Origin: Acholeplasma sp.
GTDB lineage: Bacteria; Bacillota_I; Bacilli_A; Acholeplasmatales; UBA5453
Reading direction: 5' to 3'
DNA length: 64,000 nucleotides
Assembly (NCBI GenBank): GCA_036677365.1
Contig: JAVBWN010000015.1
Coordinates: 1-64,000 of the forward strand
Shown here: piece after piece, positions 47,318-57,512 of the stretch
Position numbering within the stretch: position 1 is the stretch's first letter
Layout of the letters: the number at the start of each line of letters is the position of its first letter
The notes under the pieces: model-generated
Told to the model about the DNA's origin: nothing
The model's database searches: none
Seen by the model: the letters and a program-made list of their open reading frames with translations, nothing else
Program-made: the position numbers and the translations under genes

Positions 47318-48802
47318 TTATAGGATGACGCCTGTTTTAAAAATACCTATTTCTCTAAAATGATTGATTTCGTTTCTTGTTTTTTGGCCGTTGACTACTG
47401 AAACGATGAAATCGATGAATTGTTCTAATAAGGTATCCATATCGACCCCTTCAGTCAAACTACCGGCATTGAAGTCGATCCAATTGGGTTTTTTCTTATA
47501 AATTTCTGAGTTGGTTGATACCTTGATGGTTGGAATGAATCCACCAAATGGGGTGCCACGTCCAGTGGAGAATAAGACGAGTTGGCAACCACTCATGCCT
47601 AAGGTAGTGACCGATACTAAGTCATTCCCTGGGGCACTGATGAGGTTTAAGCCTTTGGTTTTGAGTCTTTCCGTTTGACCTAAGACATCACAAACCATCG
47701 ATAATCCCGCTTTTTGTGTACAACCCAGCGATTTATCTTCTAAAGTAGAAATCCCACCATTTTTATTGCCCGGTGAAGGGTTATCATAAATGACTTGGTT
47801 GTTCTTCTTGTAATAAGCTTTGAAGTCGTTGATGAGTTTGACGGTTTTTTCAAAGACGGTTTGGTCTTTGGAACGTCTCATCAAAATTTTTTCTGCACCA
47901 AACATTTCAGGCACTTCCGTCAACACGGTGGTGCCACCATGGTGGGTGATGTAATCGGAAAGTTTACCCAATAAAGGGTTCGCTGTGATGCCTGATAAAC
48001 CATCAGACCCACCGCATTTGAGACCAATGCGTAATTCAGAGATATCCGCCTTCACGCGTTGATCGTCTTTCATCGCGTTGTAAAGTTCTTTTAGCACTGC
48101 CAATCCCGCTTCGAGTTCATCTTCTACGTCTTGCATGACTAAAAATTTCACACGGTTCGGATCATAGTTGCCATAGGATTCTCTAAATGCTTTGACTTGG
48201 TTGTTTTCACAACCCAAACCCAACACCAAGACTGCGCCGGCATTCGGGTGTTTCGAGATGTTCTGTAACGTCTCTTTGGTATTTTCATGGTCATCGCCCA
48301 TTTGAGAACAACCAAATTGGTGTCCAAATAGGTGTATGCCATCGAATTCTGGTCCTGGATTGACTTCTTTCATGAATAAATCCGCGAGTTGTTTGGTTTG
48401 TCCAACGATACAACCTACGGTCGGAACAATCCAAAGCTCATTACGAATGCCAACTTCACCATTTGCTCTGCGATAAACGTATATATCGCGATTTTTAGGT
48501 TTTACTTCATAAGATTCATATTGTGGGGTGTACTGATAATCGAGGACATCGTTTAAATTGGTGGCTAAATTATGTACGTGTACATGCGCCCCTGTTTTTA
48601 TATCTTTTGTAGCATGTCCAATCGGGAAGCCATATTTGATGATGTCTTCACCCGCTTGGATATCTTTAAGTGCGATTTTGTGGCCTTTTAAAACATCTTC
48701 GGTCAAGGTGATGTCATTCACGATTTGACCTTGTTTTAAATCCATCAAAGCAATCATCACATTGTCATCGTTGTGGATGATTAGAAATGGTGTTTGTTTC
48801 AA
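47318..48802 (-). CDS. uxaA: Altronate dehydratase
   Basis: SAF domain (GHKIAL..IIKYG..HVHVHN), GCSQMGDD, LGLGCENN, KCGGSDG and NPSPGNK motifs. Confidence 0.95.
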   Translation of the reverse strand: MKQTPFLIIHNDDNVMIALMDLKQGQIVNDITLTEDVLKGHKIALKDIQAGEDIIKYGFPIGHATKDIKTGAHVHVHNLATNLNDVLDYQYTPQYESYEVKPKNRDIYVYRRANGEVGIRNELWIVPTVGCIVGQTKQLADLFMKEVNPGPEFDGIHLFGHQFGCSQMGDDHENTKETLQNISKHPNAGAVLVLGLGCENNQVKAFRESYGNYDPNRVKFLVMQDVEDELEAGLAVLKELYNAMKDDQRVKADISELRIGLKCGGSDGLSGITANPLLGKLSDYITHHGGTTVLTEVPEMFGAEKILMRRSKDQTVFEKTVKLINDFKAYYKKNNQVIYDNPSPGNKNGGISTLEDKSLGCTQKAGLSMVCDVLGQTERLKTKGLNLISAPGNDLVSVTTLGMSGCQLVLFSTGRGTPFGGFIPTIKVSTNSEIYKKKPNWIDFNAGSLTEGVDMDTLLEQFIDFIVSVVNGQKTRNEINHFREIGIFKTGVIL

Positions 48803-48805
48803 TGC

Positions 48806-50239
48806 TTAAGCCTCCAATACGTGTTGTAAAGCGTTTCTCATACCCAGTGATAGGATGGCTTCTACGTTTTGATTCACATAGTTCACAACATCGGTTTGAA
48901 CCAAACGGCTGGTTTCCCAGTGAGATAAACCTAAGACCGTTTGAACCACTTCAGTGACATTGCCTTTAGACCATAGTTGTTGGTAGAGTTCTAAGAATTG
49001 CGGGTCATCTTGAAGTTTGATCGATTCATCGTTGCGTTTACCACGATAGAATACGATGTTGGCTGCCAAACTGAATAATTGTAACTTAGGGAACTTACCA
49101 TGGTCGAGTTGAGTCAACACACTCGGTAAAATTCTCGATTTATATTTGCTCATCGAGTTCAATGCGATACTCATGAGTTCATGTCTAACAAAAGGGTTTA
49201 AATAGCGTTCCAAAACCGCTTGAGCGAATTTTTCCATATCGGCTTTAGGTAAATCGATGGTTGGAATCACTTCTTGCCAAATGAGATTTTGAATGAATTT
49301 GCCCACTTGCGGGTCAGTTACGGCTTCTTTGACCGTGTCGATGCCACAAAGATAAGCAATCGGAACCAATGCGGTATGAGAACCATTTAAGATTTTCACT
49401 TTGCGTTCTTTATAAGGTTTGAGCACATCTACAAAGTACACATTCAAGCCCGCTTGATCAAAAGGTAATCTTTGATTTAAGCCTTTTTCACCTTCAATGA
49501 CCCATAAGTGGAAGATTTCCCCTTTGACCATGGAATGATCTAAATACCCAAATTCAGATTCCAAGCGTTGTGCATCTTGTTTTGGATAACCTGGAACAAT
49601 ACGGTCAACCAAGGTGTTATAAAAGCGATTGGCTGTCGTCATCCAGTGAATGAATGTTTCACTCATGTTGTTGTAACGGGCCATTTCAACCAACACTTTT
49701 TTAAGGGTTTGACCGTTATCGTCGATGAGTTCACATGCCAAGATATCTAATCCCGCTTCTTTTGCACCAGCGAATACTTCAAAGCGCATGCGTAGGAAGG
49801 CGAGTAGTTTGCCAGGGAATGAGGTTGGGCATTGATTGAAATGGATGGTTTCAGCCATGAATGCGATGCCCGCTTCAGTGGTATTGGAAACCACCGTGGT
49901 TAAGATGGGTGATGCTGCTAAATCCAAATAGTTTTGATATTGTGTGTATGGGTCGATGAATTCAGATAAAACATCGATGATTTTGTGTTCAGAGATGACT
50001 TTACCTTGTTCAAGGCCTTCTAAAATCAATGTGTATAAACCGTCTTGTTGTTCTAAATCTCTAACTCTGCCTTGTGGCATCGGTTGGATGACAGCGACAT
50101 TGCCATCAAACAAACCTTGTTCATTCAGTGTTTGAATAAAAGGGTCTACGAAAGCACGTAGAAAATTACCTTCTCCAAATTGAACAACCTTGATTGGTCG
50201 TTTTGGAAAAGGTCGAATGACCCTAGATAATCTATCCAT
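48806..50239 (-). CDS. uxaB: Tagaturonate reductase (altronate oxidoreductase)
   Basis: QFGEGNFLRAF, SNTTEAGI, CELIDDNG, LVDRIVPGYP and ILNGSHT motifs. Confidence 0.95.
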   Translation of the reverse strand: MDRLSRVIRPFPKRPIKVVQFGEGNFLRAFVDPFIQTLNEQGLFDGNVAVIQPMPQGRVRDLEQQDGLYTLILEGLEQGKVISEHKIIDVLSEFIDPYTQYQNYLDLAASPILTTVVSNTTEAGIAFMAETIHFNQCPTSFPGKLLAFLRMRFEVFAGAKEAGLDILACELIDDNGQTLKKVLVEMARYNNMSETFIHWMTTANRFYNTLVDRIVPGYPKQDAQRLESEFGYLDHSMVKGEIFHLWVIEGEKGLNQRLPFDQAGLNVYFVDVLKPYKERKVKILNGSHTALVPIAYLCGIDTVKEAVTDPQVGKFIQNLIWQEVIPTIDLPKADMEKFAQAVLERYLNPFVRHELMSIALNSMSKYKSRILPSVLTQLDHGKFPKLQLFSLAANIVFYRGKRNDESIKLQDDPQFLELYQQLWSKGNVTEVVQTVLGLSHWETSRLVQTDVVNYVNQNVEAILSLGMRNALQHVLEA

Positions 50240-50282
50240 AAAATCCTCCCAGAAATGGTGATCAGTATTCGTTCAATTTATC

Positions 50283-50298
50283 GTCCGTATATGCGGAC
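50283..50298. promoter_or_regulatory. IclR-family operator
   Basis: Palindrome GTCCGT-ATAT-GCGGAC just downstream of the promoter; fits GTNCG-N6-CGNAC IclR-type sites. Confidence 0.7.
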
Positions 50299-50316
50299 AC
50301 CGTTTAAATACACCTA

Positions 50317-50345
50317 ATTTTATCATGGAAAATAAAACCTGTCAA
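50317..50345 (-). promoter_or_regulatory. Promoter of the uxaB-led pectin operon
   Basis: TTGACA-17 bp-TAAAAT with TGn extension. Confidence 0.8.
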
Positions 50346-50353
50346 CGGTTTCA
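50340..50353. promoter_or_regulatory. cre-like site overlapping the -35 box
   Basis: TGTCAACGGTTTCA matches TGWAANCGNTNWCA at 13 of 14 positions. Confidence 0.55.
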
Positions 50354-50516
50354 GAGCAAATTTTGTAACCGTTTTTTGGAAAGTTTGAAAAAGCGTTTAT
50401 AAATACCCGTAAAAACACAGGTATTTTTAAGGTGCTTCTTTAGAAGGGGTCATTTTATAAACACCATACACACTTTTTATGAAAAAAGCCAAAAAAAATG
50501 CACCGCTTGGGTGCAT

Positions 50517-51362
50517 TTAGCTTTGTTTTACAAATGAATTGTTGTCTGGGTCAGTGTATACACGACGGCCACGATTGAGTTGATTGATCGATGCCAGTTC
50601 TTCTACGGTCAACTTCAAATCTTTGGCTTCAAAATTCTCTTTTAAGCGTTTTGGGGTCACCGATTTTGGGATCATTAAGATTCCGCGTTGTAATCCCCAA
50701 GCGATGATGACTTGTGCAATGGATTTTTGGTACTTATCTGCAATCCCTTTAAGTACGGCATAATAAGGCCCTTCTTCACTAAATACTTCACCCTTCATGA
50801 ATGGACCATACGAAATCAATGCGATGTGCTTTTCATTTAAGTACACTTGGGTAGGTAATTGATAGAGCCCTGGGTGTAATTCAATTTGATTGGCCATTGG
50901 CACAATCTTGGCTGTTTTCAATAAAGCATCCATGTGATGAATCTTGAAATTGGATACCCCGATGGCTCTGGCTAATTTTTGTTCATACACTTCTTCCATA
51001 CCACGCCAAGTCGCTTGATTTAAGGCATTCGACGGGCTAGGCCAGTGGATTAAGTATACGTCCACGTAATCTAAACCCAATTTTTCCAATGAAATCTTGA
51101 GTTCTTTTTTCGCTTCTTCATAACCTAGGTTGATGGGTGATAATTTGGTTGTTACAAAGATATCTTCCCTTGGGATGCCAGAGTCATGAATGGCTCTACC
51201 GACTGAAGCCTCATTCCCATAAATTTGAGCGGTATCGATGTGACGGTATCCCAGTTTAAGTGCTTCTAAAACCGTATCATAGGCTTCACCTTCGGATACT
51301 TTAAATGTCCCTAAACCAAGCATCGGCATTTTCACGCCGTTGGATAGTATTTTGTATTCCAT
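50517..51362 (-). CDS. Aldo/keto reductase
   Basis: GLGTF, GYRHIDTAQIYGNE, YLIHWP, IGVSNF and IPKS motifs. Confidence 0.93.
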   Translation of the reverse strand: MEYKILSNGVKMPMLGLGTFKVSEGEAYDTVLEALKLGYRHIDTAQIYGNEASVGRAIHDSGIPREDIFVTTKLSPINLGYEEAKKELKISLEKLGLDYVDVYLIHWPSPSNALNQATWRGMEEVYEQKLARAIGVSNFKIHHMDALLKTAKIVPMANQIELHPGLYQLPTQVYLNEKHIALISYGPFMKGEVFSEEGPYYAVLKGIADKYQKSIAQVIIAWGLQRGILMIPKSVTPKRLKENFEAKDLKLTVEELASINQLNRGRRVYTDPDNNSFVKQS

Positions 51363-51384
51363 TTTTAAATCCTCCTATAGTTTA

Positions 51385-52449
51385 TTATAACAGTGGATTT
51401 TGAAGTTTTGCAATTTTCTCGTTGGTCAAGTCTTTAAGTAAAGCGCGTACCATCAGCCATGCAGATTGGTGGTCGGATAGATCAAACATCGCCACTGTAG
51501 AGTGAATGTAGCGCGCAGGTAAGCCAATGGTGGTTGCGATAATACCATCGTTGGAATCCAGTGCTCTTGCCGCGTCTGTTCCGCCTTTAGCAATATACAC
51601 TTGGTGTTTAATGGATTGTGATGCTGCCAAATCTTTAAAATAATTAAATAGACGTGGTGCCATGATGTTTCGTGGGTCAAATAGGCGAATGAGGAAACCA
51701 TCCCCCATTTTACCAGAGGCTTTAGGGTCAGCCAAATCGTTTAAAGGTGAAGCGTCCAATGCAAGGAAAAAATCAGGTTTGAATTTAAAAACTGAAGTCC
51801 CTGCTCCCCTTAAGCCCACCTCTTCTTGAACGGTTGCACCGACAACCAAATTAAACGGCAAATCGATGTCGTGGAAATCACGGATGATTTCTAAAGCCAT
51901 GCCACAACCCCAACGGTTATCGACAGCTTTAGACATCGCTTTTGTGCCATCAAAATTGAGTTCAAAATCGTTTTTTGGTAATACCATGTCACCCACAGCA
52001 ATACCTGCTTGCAAGACGTCTTCTTTGGATTTAGCGCCAATATCAAAAATCAAATCGGGAAAGTCCGCTGCTTGATTTTTAGATAAATGGGGTGGTACAG
52101 AACCAATGATGCCAGGAATCAAGCCTTTTTTGGTTTCAGCATACAATTTTTGTGAAATGAATACTTCAGCAACCAACCCGCCAATCGGGATCACCTTGAT
52201 GGCTCCATTTTGTAAAATATCTGAAATCATTAAACCGACTTCATCCATATGGCCTGCTACCATCACGGTTTTCGCATCAGCAACTTTGGATTTTTTGACT
52301 GCGAAAATCGAACCCAAATTATCGACTTCAATGTCATATTTTGGGTACTTACGCATCTCATTCACGATGATTTGGAAGACATTGTGTTCATACGCTGAAA
52401 TCCCAAATGCATTCATCAATTTTTCATAAATCGGATCAATTTTCATCAT
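51385..52449 (-). CDS. M42 family (glutamyl) aminopeptidase
   Basis: AGHMDEVG, KAVDNR, VQEEVGLRGA, GGTDA and RYIHS motifs. Confidence 0.92.
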   Translation of the reverse strand: MMKIDPIYEKLMNAFGISAYEHNVFQIIVNEMRKYPKYDIEVDNLGSIFAVKKSKVADAKTVMVAGHMDEVGLMISDILQNGAIKVIPIGGLVAEVFISQKLYAETKKGLIPGIIGSVPPHLSKNQAADFPDLIFDIGAKSKEDVLQAGIAVGDMVLPKNDFELNFDGTKAMSKAVDNRWGCGMALEIIRDFHDIDLPFNLVVGATVQEEVGLRGAGTSVFKFKPDFFLALDASPLNDLADPKASGKMGDGFLIRLFDPRNIMAPRLFNYFKDLAASQSIKHQVYIAKGGTDAARALDSNDGIIATTIGLPARYIHSTVAMFDLSDHQSAWLMVRALLKDLTNEKIAKLQNPLL

Positions 52450-53042
52450 TTTAATCTTGCCTTAAACCCATAGATCGGGCTTTCCTTTCGTTTCTTTTCT
52501 TCGTATTCAGAGACAGCTTCACGACAATCACATTGGGTGTTGGCCCAAAAGACTTCAAATCGTGAAGACATCAAGTATTCTAAGGAATCTAAATAAAGTG
52601 GTTCAAAATCAGATCTAAACTCCAATTCCCCACCGTCTATCAAAATGGTTTCATACATACGTAAATAGGTTTCAGCCGTCAATCGTCTCTTATGGTGGCG
52701 TTTTTTCGGCCACGGGTCACTAAAGTTTAAGTATATTTTCGATACTGACTTGGGATTAAAATATTCTAGCAACGCATTGGCATCATCTTGGACAATGGTT
52801 AAATTGGGCAACATTAAAGCTTCTTGTTTTTCCAAAATACGGTAACACACATTGATGTCTTTTTCAAACGCCACAAAGTGTATGTTTGGGTACAATTTCG
52901 CCAATTCTGTAATGAATTTACCTTTTCCACTGCCTACTTCCAATACGATGGGTAGGTCAGCGGTGATTATTTTGGGTTCAGTTAAGATTAAGTTGGATTC
53001 ATGAATGGCGTCATACGCCTGTTTGACTTTTTTAGTTCTCAC
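52446..53042 (-). CDS. trmB: tRNA (guanine-N7)-methyltransferase
   Basis: LEVGSGKG and LNFSDPWPKKRHHKRRL motifs. Confidence 0.95.
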   Translation of the reverse strand: MRTKKVKQAYDAIHESNLILTEPKIITADLPIVLEVGSGKGKFITELAKLYPNIHFVAFEKDINVCYRILEKQEALMLPNLTIVQDDANALLEYFNPKSVSKIYLNFSDPWPKKRHHKRRLTAETYLRMYETILIDGGELEFRSDFEPLYLDSLEYLMSSRFEVFWANTQCDCREAVSEYEEKKRKESPIYGFKARLK

Positions 53043-53889
53043 TGTTTTTAATGATCACATACGACCCGTATGCGGCTCCTATACTTAAAATAATGCCTAA
53101 AAGAATTTCTACCCATCCAAAATATTGGAGGGGTTTGGTTTGGTGTAACATGGTTAAAACTGAAATTGGGCTCGATAACAATAAGCCCAAAATGCCTGCA
53201 TAAAACAAAGATTCATACGTTTTCATGATGATTGAAATGACTTTTGAGAAAACGATTAAACCGATCAGTGCACCGATTAAAAATACCATGATTGCCGGTA
53301 ATAACTCAAATAAAGTGACGAAATCTAGGCTAAATACGGCTTCAATCGCACCTTTTGCAAGCGACAACACATGGGCATAATACCCCAATAACAATAAGAC
53401 CAAAGACCCACTGATGCCTGGTGCAATCATCGTGCCTGCAGCGATGAATCCCACCAAGAGTAACATCAAGTAATACACCCATCCGGTGTGTACGGTGATA
53501 TTGGACTTCAAGATTGGTAATAATACCATCAACACAAACGCAATCCCAAATATTAGGGCATGGGCAACATCTTTATGTTGGATTTTCTTATAAATGGATT
53601 CAACCCCACCGAGAATCAAACCGATGAATATTAACGTGGTGAGTAAGGGTACTTCACGATACCCCAAATCGATAACAAAAACCCCAAAGACAATCCCTAG
53701 CGCCAATCCTATAAGGATGGGATAAAGTGCTTTGATGGTTTTAAGTGGCGTTTTAAATATCGATAATATCCCGTTGATAAGCGTTTCATAGATACCAAAA
53801 ATGACGGCCATGGTACCACCGCTTACCCCTGGGATAATGTTGGCCAATCCAATGAAGAACCCGCCAACAACTGTTTTAAACTTAGACAT
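53032..53889 (-). CDS. DUF368 family membrane protein
   Basis: Repeated IPGVSGGT / APGISGS motifs. Confidence 0.88.
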   Translation of the reverse strand: MSKFKTVVGGFFIGLANIIPGVSGGTMAVIFGIYETLINGILSIFKTPLKTIKALYPILIGLALGIVFGVFVIDLGYREVPLLTTLIFIGLILGGVESIYKKIQHKDVAHALIFGIAFVLMVLLPILKSNITVHTGWVYYLMLLLVGFIAAGTMIAPGISGSLVLLLLGYYAHVLSLAKGAIEAVFSLDFVTLFELLPAIMVFLIGALIGLIVFSKVISIIMKTYESLFYAGILGLLLSSPISVLTMLHQTKPLQYFGWVEILLGIILSIGAAYGSYVIIKNSEN

Positions 53890-54157
53890 CGAGAGGTAAC
53901 CCTAAATTATCCTTAATCAATAAATCGGTTAACGCTTCGATTGCAACGGCTTCATCTTCGCCAATGACACGAATGGTAAATTCTGCATGGCGATAGATGC
54001 CTAAAGACATCACGCCCATGATGGATTTCATGTCTACGGCTTTTTGGTTAGCAATCAACCAAACATCGGATTTGAAGCGGTTGGCTAAAGTGACTAAATT
54101 GGTGGCAGGTCTGGCATGAATGCCATTTTCTGCGATGACTCTAAATGATTTTTCCAT
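53882..54157 (-). CDS. ptsH: Phosphocarrier protein HPr
   Basis: GIHARPA (His15) and KSIMGVMSLG (Ser46) motifs; AAGGAG RBS at MEKSF. Confidence 0.93.
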   Translation of the reverse strand: MEKSFRVIAENGIHARPATNLVTLANRFKSDVWLIANQKAVDMKSIMGVMSLGIYRHAEFTIRVIGEDEAVAIEALTDLLIKDNLGLPLDV

Positions 54158-54161
54158 CGTA

Positions 54162-54524
54162 TTAAGCTCCTTTTTCCAATTGTTTTTTAATGAGTTTTGG
54201 TTCGTAATCAAAGGTCATGGTAATCTCTTTCCCTTTGACAAAAACCCCTGTATTTGACAACGCCTTTAATGCATCAAAATTCACAGCTTTGATGTTTCCA
54301 ACAGTGAATTTTACCCGTTCATGTTCAACTGTGATTTGAACTAAATTGTCAAATCCAAATGCGTTTTTAAGCGATAAAATGAATGTGGGTTCAATCGCAT
54401 GACGGTCAAATGATTTGGGTTTACGTTTTTTTAAATAAGCATTGAGACTGATCAATACCACCAGTGATGCAATCGCAATCACACCGATGATGGTAAATGT
54501 ATCGAACTGATAAGTGGCTAACAT
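54162..54524 (-). CDS. Single-TM protein with PTS EIIB-like domain lacking the catalytic Cys
   Basis: AFGFDNLVQITVEHERVKFTV..VNFDALKAL..GVF aligns to the glucose-family EIIB pattern; adjacent to ptsH. Confidence 0.6.
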   Translation of the reverse strand: MLATYQFDTFTIIGVIAIASLVVLISLNAYLKKRKPKSFDRHAIEPTFILSLKNAFGFDNLVQITVEHERVKFTVGNIKAVNFDALKALSNTGVFVKGKEITMTFDYEPKLIKKQLEKGA

Positions 54525-54630
54525 GCAAACACCCCTTCATTATGATTATACGTGGAGAACCTTTTTTTTACAAGCAATTATACGTTTTGTGTGGTATATT
54601 TATTATGTACATTTTTTTGAGGTGTTGCAC

Positions 54631-55443
54631 ATGATTATAGACTGGATTAAATACATTTTATTGGGTATTATTCAAGGCATTACCGAGATATTACCCATTT
54701 CTTCTTCGGGCCATTTGGTTTTATTTCAATATATTTTGGATTTAAAACAACCCGGTTTGGCATTTGAAATGTTCACAAACATGGCTTCTCTCATCGCGAT
54801 GGTGTTGTTATTTTACAAAGATATTTGGCACTTAATTTCACAAACATGGCGTTTTATTTTTAAAAAAGACGAAACTGCGAAAGAGGATTTCTTGTATGTC
54901 ATCAAATTACTGATTGCGGTCATTCCAATCGGAATATTTGGCTTCATCCTTAAAGATTGGGTCGGCTCAATCAAAAGTTTATGGTTTGTGGGGTTAGCTT
55001 TAATCCTTACAGGTACCTTCTTATTGATCATTTTTAAGTCTAGAAATCAAGTGGAATCCCACGATGATGTCCGATATAAAGATGCCTTATTCATTGGGTT
55101 GGTACAAGCCATCGCCATTTTCCCTGGTGTTTCACGCAGTGGGTCAACCATCATTGGTGGACTATCACAAAGACTTTCCTTGAAATCCTTGTTAAAGTTT
55201 TCATTCCTTTGTTATATCATCGTTTCGATTCCAGCATCCATGCTGTCAATCATCGATCTGGCTGAACAAGCCGAATCCATCGATGTGATTGGTTATGGGT
55301 TGGCTTTCATCTTTACACTCCTCACAACTTATCTTGCTGCATACTTTGTCATGAAACGCCTTCAAATCAAACATTTATTGTATTTTGGCGTCTATTGTGT
55401 GAGCGTTGGTTTGATGGCTTTCATCACACACTTCATCCTATAA
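54631..55443 (+). CDS. uppP: Undecaprenyl-diphosphate phosphatase (BacA)
   Basis: GIIQGITEILPISSSGHL and PGVSRSGSTI motifs; GAGG RBS. Confidence 0.93.
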   Translation: MIIDWIKYILLGIIQGITEILPISSSGHLVLFQYILDLKQPGLAFEMFTNMASLIAMVLLFYKDIWHLISQTWRFIFKKDETAKEDFLYVIKLLIAVIPIGIFGFILKDWVGSIKSLWFVGLALILTGTFLLIIFKSRNQVESHDDVRYKDALFIGLVQAIAIFPGVSRSGSTIIGGLSQRLSLKSLLKFSFLCYIIVSIPASMLSIIDLAEQAESIDVIGYGLAFIFTLLTTYLAAYFVMKRLQIKHLLYFGVYCVSVGLMAFITHFIL

Positions 55444-55449
55444 AAATTC

Positions 55450-55478
55450 AAATCCATGCTTTCACGGCATGGATTTTA
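55450..55478. terminator. Bidirectional terminator between uppP and queA
   Basis: AAATCCATGC-tttcacg-GCATGGATTT. Confidence 0.75.
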
Positions 55479-56495
55479 TTATTTGATGAACATCGCATCT
55501 CCGAATGAAAAGAAACGGTATTGTTGTTTAACTGCTTCGTTATAAGCTTTTAATATCAATTCTCGATTGGAAAAAGCGGATACCAACATGATCAAAGTCG
55601 ATTTTGGTAAGTGAAAATTGGTTATCAATGCACCAATTGTTTTAAACGTATACCCTGGATAGATAAAAATGCTCGTACGATAAATCCCTGGATTGAACTG
55701 TGTGGTATAGTTACTTTCAAGTGTTCTGACGGTGGTAGTACCCACAGCGACAATGCGTTTTTGTTTTTTAATCGCATCATTTAGACGCTCTGCTGCTTTT
55801 TCAGTAATTTGATATAATTCTTCATGCATGTGGTGGTCTTCGATGGTATCTGTGGAGGTTGGTCTAAATGTCCCCAAACCAACATGCAAAGTGATCTCAA
55901 TGATTTCTACCCCTTTTTGTCTAATTTTTTCTAACAAAGGTTGGGTAAAATGGAGCCCTGCAGTCGGTGCCGCAGCACTGCCAATTTCTTTCGCATAAAC
56001 GGTTTGATAACGGTCTTTTTCTTCAAGTTTTTCATGGATATACGGAGGCAGTGGCATTTCACCGAGTTCATCTAAAACCTCGTAAAATATGCCCTCATGT
56101 GTGAAGATGAACGATTTGATGCCTTCTTCTTTTTCCATAACACATGTCGCAATCAATTTCCCGCCACCAAAACTGATTTTGGTTCCGACTTTGACACGTC
56201 GACCCGGTTTGACTAAAGCGTCCCACATCGATTCGTGTTGTTCTAATAAAAGTAGCTCGATGACCGCGTTGGTATCCACTTTTAACCCAATCAATCGTGC
56301 CGGCATGACCTTGGTATTGTTGACCACCAGCACATCGTGGTCGGTGAGTTCATCGATGATTTGGCTGAATTTGGTATGGGTAAATGCGTTGGTTTTTCGG
56401 TTAACCATAAAAAGCCGTGACTCGTCACGGTTTTTCAAGGGGTGTTGTGCAATTAATCGTTCAGGTAATTCAAAATCAAAATCCGCTGTTCTCAT
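55479..56495 (-). CDS. queA: SAM:tRNA ribosyltransferase-isomerase
   Basis: [37 protein letters not shown] and [10 protein letters not shown] motifs. Confidence 0.97.
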   Translation of the reverse strand: MRTADFDFELPERLIAQHPLKNRDESRLFMVNRKTNAFTHTKFSQIIDELTDHDVLVVNNTKVMPARLIGLKVDTNAVIELLLLEQHESMWDALVKPGRRVKVGTKISFGGGKLIATCVMEKEEGIKSFIFTHEGIFYEVLDELGEMPLPPYIHEKLEEKDRYQTVYAKEIGSAAAPTAGLHFTQPLLEKIRQKGVEIIEITLHVGLGTFRPTSTDTIEDHHMHEELYQITEKAAERLNDAIKKQKRIVAVGTTTVRTLESNYTTQFNPGIYRTSIFIYPGYTFKTIGALITNFHLPKSTLIMLVSAFSNRELILKAYNEAVKQQYRFFSFGDAMFIK

Positions 56496-57505
56496 TCTTC
56501 GAATAATCCTTTTAAATATTTTTTGCCTAAGGCATCGTAACTTTTTTGCATGGCAATTCGACCACGTGCGGTTCGCTTGATGAAGCCTTCTTGTAAAAGA
56601 TAAGGTTCATACACATCTTCCACCGTGGTGATTTCTTCACCGATGGTCGCTGCAATCGATTCAAGTCCCACGGGTCCACCCGCAAACTTGTCGATGATGG
56701 CGGATAAATAGCGCTTATCGGTATGGTCTAACCCGTTGGATGATATGCCTAGTTTTTCCAAAGCATGATTCGTTATCTCTAATGTGATGGTGCCATCACC
56801 GATGATTTCAGCGAAATCTCTCACACGTCTGAATAAACGGTTCGCAATACGTGGTGTACCACGGGAACGCTTCGCAAGTTCAAGAATCGCGTTGGTTTTA
56901 ATCTCTGTTTTATACACACTTGAGGTGCGTTTGATGATTTGGCCAAGCTCTTCTTGGTTGTAAAAAGATAGTCTCATTACCACGCCAAAACGATCGCGCA
57001 ATGGGGCGGATAAATCACCAAAACGCGTGGTTGCGCCAATTAAAGTAAATGGGGGTAAATCAATTCTGATGGAGCGGGATTGTTGGTCTTTTCCTATCAC
57101 AATATCGATGACATAATCTTCCATCGCTGCGTATAAGACTTCTTCGACGACGCGAGGCAACCGGTGAATTTCATCGATGAATAATACATCCCCCGGTTCC
57201 AAGGATGTCAAAATCGCCGCGAGGTCACCACTGCGTTCAATCGCTGGTCCAGAGGTGACTTTCATATTCACACCCATCTCATTCGAGACGATTTGGGCGA
57301 GGGTCGTCTTACCTAAACCAGGGGGGCCATAAAACAAAATATGGTCAATGGTTTCTTCACGCTTCAAAGCGGCTTTGATATAAACATCCAACATTTCTTT
57401 GATGTCTTTTTGTCCGATATATTCATTTAATTTTTGGGGTCTTAACGTTTGATCTTCATCCTCTTTCATCGCAAGTGAGGAGATGATGCGTTCATCGTTT
57501 TTCAT
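56492..57505 (-). CDS. ruvB: Holliday junction branch migration helicase RuvB
   Basis: [39 protein letters not shown] and EPYL motifs. Confidence 0.98.
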   Translation of the reverse strand: MKNDERIISSLAMKEDEDQTLRPQKLNEYIGQKDIKEMLDVYIKAALKREETIDHILFYGPPGLGKTTLAQIVSNEMGVNMKVTSGPAIERSGDLAAILTSLEPGDVLFIDEIHRLPRVVEEVLYAAMEDYVIDIVIGKDQQSRSIRIDLPPFTLIGATTRFGDLSAPLRDRFGVVMRLSFYNQEELGQIIKRTSSVYKTEIKTNAILELAKRSRGTPRIANRLFRRVRDFAEIIGDGTITLEITNHALEKLGISSNGLDHTDKRYLSAIIDKFAGGPVGLESIAATIGEEITTVEDVYEPYLLQEGFIKRTARGRIAMQKSYDALGKKYLKGLFEE

Positions 57506-57512
57506 ATAATAC

